A stretch of 38,229 bases of DNA, from the NCBI GenBank assembly GCA_040225955.1, contig JBECUL010000017.1:1-38229 (forward strand), written 5' to 3'. The position numbers were made by a program, and so were the translations under genes. This document shows positions 1 to 7,001 of this stretch, piece by piece (the stretch's first letter is position 1; every line of letters begins with the position of its first letter). A model generated the notes under the pieces. The model was not told the DNA's origin, ran no database searches, and was given only the letters and a program-made list of their open reading frames with translations. Source of the DNA: Candidatus Asgardarchaeum abyssi. Its GTDB lineage: Archaea; Asgardarchaeota; Asgardarchaeia; Asgardarchaeales; Asgardarchaeaceae.

Positions 1-354
1 ATGCAATAAGACACCTGTCTTAGCGTCTCTTTTAGCAAGAATCAATAAAATAGCTACACCAACGCGTCCTACTAGAATATACCCATCGTCTCCATGAACA
101 AATACTCCTTCCAAATTCCCCTTCTCCATGTCATTAACTGTATCATTCCCTAGCTTATAAAGAACTGCTGCAGCAGCAGCAATATTAGGAATCTCACTCT
201 CTTCTGCAATGTCTCTTGAAAGAGTGTGTGATATAATAATACCATCTTCAGTAGCCAACACCAACCCATCTATTTGAGCATCTGGAAACATCCTATTTGC
301 TTCTTCCATTATACGTAGGAGTTCCTTATAGAGTGGGTTGTCGGCCATACTCAT
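1..354 (-). CDS. Roadblock/LC7 (MglB-like) domain protein, 3' end runs off the window
   Basis: Not in ORF track. Manual translation from ATG at 354: MSMADNPLYKELLRIMEEANRMFPDAQIDGLVLATEDGIIISHTLSRDIAEESEIPNIAAAAAVLYKLGNDTVNDMEKGNLEGVFVHGDDGYILVGRVGVAILLILAKRDAKTGVLLH, open to position 1. Shows the roadblock pattern (GxVLxTxDGxxI, IAAxxAxL, LExVxVxGxxGxI, AKxGxL). Confidence 0.88.
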   Translation of the reverse strand, partial: MSMADNPLYKELLRIMEEANRMFPDAQIDGLVLATEDGIIISHTLSRDIAEESEIPNIAAAAAVLYKLGNDTVNDMEKGNLEGVFVHGDDGYILVGRVGVAILLILAKRDAKTGVLLH

Positions 355-479
355 TTATGCTACACCACTTCCAATTCTCTTCTTGAAAATAATAAACTTT
401 ACTTGTTATTAATAAATAATATATGAATGAATGACCTAAGTATACATAATATATAAAAAATATTTAGTTTATAAAGCTT

Positions 480-2174
480 CTATGTTTTACCGATTTCTTT
501 TGATCTTATTTCATTTAAATCAACATCTTTTGGTATCTTTTTAAATAATGTTACTGGCTTATTTATTTTATGCCCTTCCTTTAATATCGGTGTTTTAGCC
601 CTTTCCCAATTTTGTTCGTGAACACTACCCGGCATATTAAGAAGCTCTTTCCATATTCTCTCAGCGGTAAATGGCATGAATGGTTCAATTAAAATCGCGA
701 ATGATGCAACTAGTTGGGCACATATATTTAGAATTGTACTAGCACGCTCCTTATTTTTCTTAATTAGAGCCCATGGTTCCGTATTACTTAGGTATTGATT
801 CCCAGTATGCATAAGAGACACTACAGTACTTAAGGCATCCTTATATCTAAACTTCTCAAGCAATTTGCCACTTTCCTCAGTGACTATTTCCATCCTCTTT
901 AAAACTTTTTTATCATCCTCTGTTAAGTCCCCCAACTTCGGAATCTCGCCATTAAATCTATTATAGATAAATGTCAGGGTTCTATGAATGAAATTTCCAA
1001 TTATGTCATTAAGTTCGTCATTGACTAGTTGTTTGAAAACATCCCACCTAAAGCTCGTATCGTGTTTTTCTGGTCTAATTGAAATTAGAACATATCTGAA
1101 ATAGTCCACTGGAAATAGTTTGAGTGCTTCGTCAGCCCATATGCCTATTCCTCTACTTTTTGAAAACTTTTCTCCTTCAAACTGTAAATATTCTGTTGAA
1201 ACAACATTCCAAGGAAGCGTGTAATTTTCATGAGTTGCCATCAGCAATGCTGGAAATATCAATGTATGGAAAGGTATATTATCTTTTCCTATAAAGTAAA
1301 CCGATTTTGTACTGGAATCAAACCAATATTCTTTCCATTTCTCGGGCTGCCCTGTTTTTATGCTCCATTCTATAGTGGCGGATATATATCCTAATACTGC
1401 TTCCATCCATACATATATGGTTTTATCTTTGGCACCTTCAAATGGAGCTGGGATTCCCCATTTATTATCTCTAGTTAAAGATCTGGGTTTAAGGCCTTCT
1501 TTAATTAACTGCAAGCTAAAGTTTTTAGCATTATCTGGAAGGTTTTTATTATTTTCAATATACTCCTTTAGCTTATCTTGAAAAGCGGATAGATTGAAAA
1601 ACCAGTGTTTTGTTTCTCTAATTTCTGGTGTTGCTCCACAAATTACGCAGTGTGGATTTACTAGTTGAATTGGCTCCAATAGCCTACCACAATTATCACA
1701 CTGGTCTCCACGAGCTTTTTCATAGCCACAATATGGACAGACTCCCTCAACAAACCGATCTGGTAGGAAACGTTTACAGTTGGGGCAATACGGAAGTTGT
1801 TGAATTTTCGTGAAAACATAACCATTTTTCTCTATTTTTTTATAGAATCCTCTCACGAACTCTATATGAATTGGGTTCTCAGTTCTAGTATAGTTATCGA
1901 AAGAGATACCCCATTTCTTAAATAGATCACTAACGATTTCATGCATTTTATCGGTATATTCTTTTGGCGAAATATTTCTCCTTATAGCTTCAACTTCTAT
2001 CGGTGTTCCATGCTCATCTGAACCTGAAACATATACAACGTCTTCGCCTTTAAGCCGTAAATATCGTGCGAATACATCCGCTGAGAGAACGCTCCCTATT
2101 AATGTTCCTAAGTGAGGAATAGCATTAATATACGGCCATGCAGCACACACTAACCACTTACCCAACTTTCTCAC
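480..2174 (-). CDS. metG: Methionyl-tRNA synthetase (lacks C-terminal Trbp111/EMAPII domain)
   Basis: AWPYINAIPHLG (HIGH-like), GSDEHGTPI, Zn knuckle CPNC/CPYC/CDNC/CVIC, GKDNIPFH, KFSKSRG (KMSKS-like); purine-rich SD-like GGAGGAGG at the start. Confidence 0.97.
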   Translation of the reverse strand: MRKLGKWLVCAAWPYINAIPHLGTLIGSVLSADVFARYLRLKGEDVVYVSGSDEHGTPIEVEAIRRNISPKEYTDKMHEIVSDLFKKWGISFDNYTRTENPIHIEFVRGFYKKIEKNGYVFTKIQQLPYCPNCKRFLPDRFVEGVCPYCGYEKARGDQCDNCGRLLEPIQLVNPHCVICGATPEIRETKHWFFNLSAFQDKLKEYIENNKNLPDNAKNFSLQLIKEGLKPRSLTRDNKWGIPAPFEGAKDKTIYVWMEAVLGYISATIEWSIKTGQPEKWKEYWFDSSTKSVYFIGKDNIPFHTLIFPALLMATHENYTLPWNVVSTEYLQFEGEKFSKSRGIGIWADEALKLFPVDYFRYVLISIRPEKHDTSFRWDVFKQLVNDELNDIIGNFIHRTLTFIYNRFNGEIPKLGDLTEDDKKVLKRMEIVTEESGKLLEKFRYKDALSTVVSLMHTGNQYLSNTEPWALIKKNKERASTILNICAQLVASFAILIEPFMPFTAERIWKELLNMPGSVHEQNWERAKTPILKEGHKINKPVTLFKKIPKDVDLNEIRSKEIGKT

Positions 2175-2386
2175 CTCCTCCTAAAAATAGTATCGAGAGA
2201 ACTATCTGTAACGTTTTGAAAAAGTAAAGATTTGTCAGTATAATATTTTCATCAATACAACTTCCTGCAGATATAATTTCTTCCACTAAAAATATCTCTT
2301 TTTCCTGTTCTAGCGGAGATTCCTCCTTAAGTTTGGATTATGTCTTCTTGCTATACTTTTTAAGAAAATAATAAAAATATTTCGAA

Positions 2387-2797
2387 TTAACCAATCACCC
2401 GAATTTGTGTCGCTAAAGCTTGGCCAGGAAGCCCTTTACTAAAACGAACCAAAAGATGACCTGCTCTGCCGTGTAGTTTAATCACTTTGCCAATAATCCT
2501 TTTAGAGATATTTTTCGGATGAACCCACTCAATAGTAGATCCAATTAGATATGACTTATGTGATAGTGGGATTTCAGGAAAGTCTACAGCAGCCCTACGT
2601 GTATCAGAACGATAAAAGTTTAGGATTACGCCGGTTTTACCAATAAACTTTGGCTTAATAAATACAGATTTTATAACTTTCTTTTTTTTAGGGCGAACTT
2701 GTCTTGCTTTTCGTCTTCCTTTTACCTTGTTTCTTTTTTCCAGCTGGTTTTTCTTTTACATCGTTTGTGGTATCACTTTTTTCTTCTTTCGAGGCAT
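2387..2797 (-). pseudogene. rpl35ae: Ribosomal protein eL33 (L35Ae) with a basic N-terminal extension, interrupted by an in-frame TAA (pseudogene, recoding or assembly error)
   Basis: Not in ORF track. ATG at 2797 gives MPRKKKKVIPQTM*KKNQLEKRNKVKGRRKARQVRPKKKKVIKSVFIKPKFIGKTGVILNFYRSDTRRAAVDFPEIPLSHKSYLIGSTIEWVHPKNISKRIIGKVIKLHGRAGHLLVRFSKGLPGQALATQIRVIG*. The C-terminal GKVIKLHG..G....RF.KGLPGQAL is the archaeal L35Ae signature. Internal TAA at 2758-2756. Confidence 0.85.
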
Positions 2798-2901
2798 AAT
2801 AATCACTTGTTGATGCCTTTAATTTTATTATAATGAATAGCAAAGTAATACCTCAAAAATAAGAGAATATAATTATTTTAAAGTTTGCGCTTAAAATGAA
2901 A

Positions 2902-3612
2902 TTAAAGTCTTCTTTTGCTACCCGTCTTATTAACAGTCTCTTTCTCATATTTAAAGAATGGTGAAAGGAAAGATGGTCCCTCTAAAACTTCTTCAAAAAC
3001 AGCTTGCAAATATTCCAGTCCTGCATCTATTTCCCTTTTTGATTGTTTGATGGCTTCTGTATCAATATACGGTTCCACTCTCCAAACCGTAAAATAATTA
3101 GTTAGCTCTATAGGTGTTGGTTCTGTATTTATAATAGCATCTCTTATTGCTGTTTTTACCTCAAAGCTTTTCTCATACATGTTAATAATACGTCTTATCT
3201 CTTTAATTATGACTCTAACTATATCTACTACTTTATCCCCAATCATACTGATGTTTGAATATTTATCAAGTAATGATTCAACAGCATCTAAATGAGCCTT
3301 AATCTCACTTGTCATATTAAGAAGGTGTGAAAATATGTTATATGCCTTATCGAGAGAAGGGACAAGCTGTTCATAAAGAATCATATAAAGCTTAGCTTTT
3401 AATTTCTCTGAAAGATCAGGAAACTCTTCTAGAACTCCTAACTCCTTCTCTGAGTACAAAAGTTGAAAACCTATGTCGGTAATGACTCTAACAGTACCAA
3501 TAGACTCTCTTACAGTCTCATTCCATTTCTCAGTAAATGTATCTAACTTTTCAACAGCTAGTTCCAAACTTCGTATGATCTCTCTAAGTACTTCTCGTTC
3601 AACATTTTTCAT
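2902..3612 (-). CDS. All-helical protein, putative C1orf109(AIRIM)/CINP-like family
   Basis: 236 aa, helical/coiled-coil character. Motifs EKWNETVRES, GVLEEFPDLSEKLKAK, INMYEKSFEVK and WRVEPYID resemble, in order and spacing, human C1orf109 (LWQSALRD, ALRAFPDLKERLRRK, ERHYRKSYLKR) and the CINP C-terminal WxxQPYI, as recalled. Confidence 0.6.
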   Translation of the reverse strand: MKNVEREVLREIIRSLELAVEKLDTFTEKWNETVRESIGTVRVITDIGFQLLYSEKELGVLEEFPDLSEKLKAKLYMILYEQLVPSLDKAYNIFSHLLNMTSEIKAHLDAVESLLDKYSNISMIGDKVVDIVRVIIKEIRRIINMYEKSFEVKTAIRDAIINTEPTPIELTNYFTVWRVEPYIDTEAIKQSKREIDAGLEYLQAVFEEVLEGPSFLSPFFKYEKETVNKTGSKRRL

Positions 3613-3632
3613 ATTATCAATCCCTCACAATG

Positions 3633-3696
3633 AGGCTCGGCTACCCCAGGTGAGAATCATTGTCTCACTCAAGGGAGGTGACTTTCATCATCGCCT
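3633..3696 (-). ncRNA. Box C/D methylation-guide sRNA (predicted 23S rRNA targets near the peptidyl-transferase region)
   Basis: Minus strand: AGGCG-ATGATGA(C box)-AAGTCACCTCCC-TTGA(D')-GTGAGACA-ATGATT(C'-like)-CTCACCTGGGGTAG-CCGA(D variant)-GCCT. Terminal stem AGGC/GCCT; GC-rich island within an AT-rich intergenic space. Confidence 0.75.
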
Positions 3697-3744
3697 AATA
3701 ATTCTATCTCGTGCTTCTTTTTATTCTTTTCTATACCTTTTAAC

Positions 3745-4443
3745 TCATATATTAGTTTCTTTAGAAAGCTTCCATCTCATTTCTAAGAATTGGCCGAAGT
3801 GTTTTGCTATTAGTGGATTACTTACCCACCCACAGACCGAAAAATCTGGCATAGAGATTAAAGATTGATTATTATCTGCCAGCAGATCTAATGCTAAAAG
3901 TGGACTATAGATTCTTAAGCGGATGTTCTTATTCCTAAACTTAACTTCTTTATCGGATATTATACGAATTGGAATATCTTTTCTTTCTTCAATTTTCTCA
4001 ACTATTTTTATAATGACTTCTGAAGGTGCTGATAATATGATTAACTCTCTAGCGCCATCTATCACTTCAAATATTTTTGCTAAAACACGCTTTTCTCCAA
4101 AGATTGTATAGATTATTTCAGGTCTCTCTTCAGCTTCGATGCTTCGATGAATCTCTTTTAATTTATCAAAGAGTCTCGAAATTTCATCAATGACTTGCTT
4201 TTTAACAATTTCTGGATCTATTGCGCTGTATATTGTTGGTCTGCCCCTTGCAACAACTATCCATCCTCTTCGTAGTAATTTATCAAGGGCCCTATACACG
4301 CTTGTTTCAGGAATTTTAGCTACTTTAGCTATATCAGCACCTGCCCCAGATCCAAGCATTATCAATGCAACATATGTTTTTGCCTCATAGGATGAAAGGC
4401 CTAAAATGCTAATTTTCTCAACCAGTTCATTTGGAACATACAT
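3745..4443 (-). CDS. TrmB-family transcriptional regulator
   Basis: N-terminal wHTH LGLSSYEAKTYVAL...DIAKVAKIPETSVYRALDKLLRRGWI...GRPTIYSAIDP, followed by a C-terminal effector-binding domain. Confidence 0.92.
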   Translation of the reverse strand: MYVPNELVEKISILGLSSYEAKTYVALIMLGSGAGADIAKVAKIPETSVYRALDKLLRRGWIVVARGRPTIYSAIDPEIVKKQVIDEISRLFDKLKEIHRSIEAEERPEIIYTIFGEKRVLAKIFEVIDGARELIILSAPSEVIIKIVEKIEERKDIPIRIISDKEVKFRNKNIRLRIYSPLLALDLLADNNQSLISMPDFSVCGWVSNPLIAKHFGQFLEMRWKLSKETNI

Positions 4444-4481
4444 GAAAAAACACCAACAAAAATTTAATATATCATGAAAAA

Positions 4482-4503
4482 ATTAGTAGTAATTGCTACT
4501 AAT
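4482..4503. promoter_or_regulatory. 22-bp near-perfect palindrome, candidate operator between divergent trmB and GGR genes
   Basis: ATTAGTAGTAATTGCTACTAAT: 10 of 11 positions pair. Lies between a TATA-like TTTAATATA (~4463-4471) and the GGAGG SD of the GGR gene. Confidence 0.6.
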
Positions 4504-4523
4504 AATTTTTGTGGAGGTAAAAA

Positions 4524-5897
4524 ATGGATAAATACGATGTAATAGTAGCAGGTGCTGGACCAGCTGGTGGTATAGCTGCTTATTTCGCGGCAAAACACGG
4601 GCTTAAAGTTTTACTAATAGAAGAAAAACCTAAAGAAAAAGTGGGACATAAAACTTGCGGGGATGCTGTCGGGCATCACCACTTTGAAAGAATCGGCTAT
4701 CCTCCACCAACCAAACCGCCTGAATTAGAGAGAGTTGTAAAGGGCATTGATGTTTATTCTCCAGATAGGGAAACAGTATTTAGAGTTGCTAGCCCCGAGC
4801 TTCAAGGATATATAATCGATAGACCATCATTCGGACAAAGGAGACTGAAGATGGCCCTGAATGCAGGTGCTGAATTTTTAGACAAAACAAGAGTTATAGA
4901 GCCTATTTTTGATAATGGTTACGTTATTGGAGTGAAAGCAAAAACTGCAAGCGGGATAAAAGAATTTTATGCAAAAGTGACTATTGATGCAACAGGGATG
5001 GTTGCAACATTAAGAAAATATGTTCCCGATTCATGGGGAATAGAGAAAAATATTCTTCCTGAAGATAGTATTATAGCTTATAGAGAAATACGAGACATTG
5101 AAAAGCACGTTGATGAGCCAGAATACCAGAGAATATACTTATCACAAGAATTAGCACCAGGCGGTTATACTTGGGTATTCTTTAAAAGAGATTTAGAAGA
5201 TGGCAGAATACGAGTAAATGTTGGTTTGGGAATTTCAATGTCTCTTAAAATGAATCCGAAGCAAGTATTTTATGATAAGATCATTAAGTGGGACCTATTT
5301 GAAAATTCTAAGTTAGTTCATGGTGCAGGCGCGCCTGTAACAGTTAGACGTCCTATAGATACTTTAGTTGGTAATGGGTTCATGGTAGTTGGAGATGCCG
5401 CCTCAGCAGCTAATCCGGTACATGGAGGGGGAATAGGATCTTCTATGCTTTCTGGAAAATTAGCTGCAGAGACGATAGTTGAAGCTCTTGAGATTGGCGA
5501 TGTTTCCCAAAAGGGTCTCTGGCAGTATAATATTAAGTATAATGAACAATATGGGGCTAAACAAGCATCGTTAGATGTTTTCAGAATATTCCTTCAAACA
5601 CTAAAGGATACTGACTTAAATTATGGTATGCGTGCGAAGCTTATAACAGAACAAGATTTACTAAAAGCAAACCTTGGTGAAGACCTAAGGTTAAATATTA
5701 CTGAAAAAGCAAAACGCTTACTTAGAGGTTGGCGAAAGCTTAATCTGCTAAACGACTTACGATACGTTGCAGAAAAAATGAAGGAAGCAAAGAAACTATA
5801 CTTGAACTATCCAAGCTCACCTGCTGACTTTAACAAATGGAAAAAAGATAAAGATCGGTTATTCAAGGAAGTAAAAGCAAAATTCTGGAGTAAATAA
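4524..5897 (+). CDS. Digeranylgeranylglycerophospholipid reductase (geranylgeranyl reductase family)
   Basis: FAD-binding GAGPAG, KTCGDAV, IDATG, PGGYTWVF (PxxYxWxF), VGDAASAANPVHGGGI. Confidence 0.92.
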   Translation: MDKYDVIVAGAGPAGGIAAYFAAKHGLKVLLIEEKPKEKVGHKTCGDAVGHHHFERIGYPPPTKPPELERVVKGIDVYSPDRETVFRVASPELQGYIIDRPSFGQRRLKMALNAGAEFLDKTRVIEPIFDNGYVIGVKAKTASGIKEFYAKVTIDATGMVATLRKYVPDSWGIEKNILPEDSIIAYREIRDIEKHVDEPEYQRIYLSQELAPGGYTWVFFKRDLEDGRIRVNVGLGISMSLKMNPKQVFYDKIIKWDLFENSKLVHGAGAPVTVRRPIDTLVGNGFMVVGDAASAANPVHGGGIGSSMLSGKLAAETIVEALEIGDVSQKGLWQYNIKYNEQYGAKQASLDVFRIFLQTLKDTDLNYGMRAKLITEQDLLKANLGEDLRLNITEKAKRLLRGWRKLNLLNDLRYVAEKMKEAKKLYLNYPSSPADFNKWKKDKDRLFKEVKAKFWSK

Positions 5898-5921
5898 TTT
5901 TTAATTTTTCTTTTACTTTAT

Positions 5922-6317
5922 TTATTCTGTTTCCGATAGCCTTTTGCGTATAGCTTTTGTAAGATCTATCATTTCTTCTCCTCTACGTTTAATAAATATC
6001 TTGCTTTCTTCACCAGTAATTTTTCGCTCTATTAATTTAACTTCTAGTCTTGAGAGAACATGGTCAATATATCCAAATCTGAATGCATTTACTATTACGA
6101 TTTTAATTTTATCTGCAAGTGATGGGGAACTCTTCTCAAGGCTTTTAAGATAGCTATAAGCTTCATCATCTAATAGGTTTCGAATTATCGCCTCAACAGC
6201 TCTACGGATATCTTGCTTTTCAGCCTTCTTTTTTTCTTCTTCTCTGGTTTTCAATCTTTCCATGAGTTCTCTTATCTTTTTCTGCCGTATAGCCTCAAGC
6301 TCATCCATACTGAACAC
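5922..6317 (-). CDS. PDCD5/TFAR19-like double-stranded DNA-binding protein (divergent; probable start ATG 6308)
   Basis: MDELEAIRQKKIRELMERL...IIRNLLDDEAYSYL...P.LA..I...KIFIKRR follows the PDCD5 pattern (DELEEIRRRKL; ILxxEARERL; KIxIxR). Confidence 0.7.
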   Translation of the reverse strand: MFSMDELEAIRQKKIRELMERLKTREEEKKKAEKQDIRRAVEAIIRNLLDDEAYSYLKSLEKSSPSLADKIKIVIVNAFRFGYIDHVLSRLEVKLIERKITGEESKIFIKRRGEEMIDLTKAIRKRLSETE

Positions 6318-6472
6318 CAGCTAATATCTCTGACCTAATTTTTCATTCTAATAATAAAAATTTAAATTTAATGAATGCATAAGTAAGCTATCATTTATGC
6401 ATTTAAAGGTATGTATTTCACTAAAAAACACAGCTCTAATTGATATATATTATGTTGTGTAATTTAAAATGC

Positions 6473-6537
6473 GGGCCATTCAGCGTAACTTTGATTAATC
6501 ATCAAATTCATCCTCGTCGGGTATTCATCATCGGCCC
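6473..6537 (-). ncRNA. Box C/D methylation-guide sRNA (predicted 23S rRNA targets in domain IV)
   Basis: Minus strand: GGGCCG-ATGATGA(C)-ATACCCGACGAGG-ATGA(D')-ATT-TGATGA(C')-TTAATCAAAGTTACG-CTGA(D)-AT-GGCCC. Terminal stem GGGCC/GGCCC; BRE/TATA-like GCAAAAATTATAT about 25 nt upstream. Confidence 0.92.
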
Positions 6538-6701
6538 TATCTATATAACCTAATTAGGCACATATAATTTTTGCTATATATTTTGCTCTTTGAAGAAAAA
6601 TCGGTAAGATAACGCAAAAAATTAAATTAAACATTGTAACATTATTATCGCTGTATAATTACAGAATAATGTTATTTTGTTGCCTATAGAGCAGATTATT
6701 A

Positions 6702-7001
6702 TTGTGTAAGGAGATTAACAATCCTAGATTATTATTATGCAAGGGTGGTGATCTTATCTTGAAGGATATCGGTGCTTATATTTTCATAAAGGTAGCTATA
6801 GGTAAGTTACAAGATGTTGTTGAAAAACTTAGGGAAATAGGGTGTGCTGAAAGTATAGCAGTAACAACTGGAGAATTTGACATTGTTCTTCGTGTTAAAG
6901 TAAAAGATCTAGAGGAGTTATACGATGTTACAACTAATAAAATTCACAAAATAGACGGTATTATAAGTACATTGACACATATAATTGAGAAAGAGATTTA
7001 G
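6702..7001 (+). CDS. Stand-alone Lrp/AsnC ligand-binding (RAM) domain protein; true start probably downstream (~6747-6759)
   Basis: AYIFIKVAIGKLQDVVEKL...VTTGEFDIVLRVKVKDLEELYDV....IHKIDGIISTLTHI; no HTH. Confidence 0.88.
   Translation: MCKEINNPRLLLCKGGDLILKDIGAYIFIKVAIGKLQDVVEKLREIGCAESIAVTTGEFDIVLRVKVKDLEELYDVTTNKIHKIDGIISTLTHIIEKEI

Noticed and set aside
2175-2386. Possible leader peptide or riboswitch upstream of metG
   Set aside because: No convincing ORF, T-box or SAM-riboswitch motif, or stable stem recognisable.
2756-2758. Genome-wide TAA reassignment, or Sec/Pyl recoding, in eL33
   Set aside because: TAA terminates many intact genes here (GGR, egsA, rgy, mocA); Sec and Pyl use TGA and TAG.
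3672-3683. Guide contains TCACCTCC, identical to the 16S anti-Shine-Dalgarno sequence (possible SD-masking sRNA)
   Set aside because: More simply explained by complementarity to the 23S segment adjacent to the other guide's predicted target.
3633-3696. Fluoride (crcB) riboswitch, because of the GGCGATG start
   Set aside because: Lacks the GGCGATGGxGTTCGCC stem/pseudoknot pattern and has no fluoride-related gene downstream; the C/D box architecture explains the sequence better.
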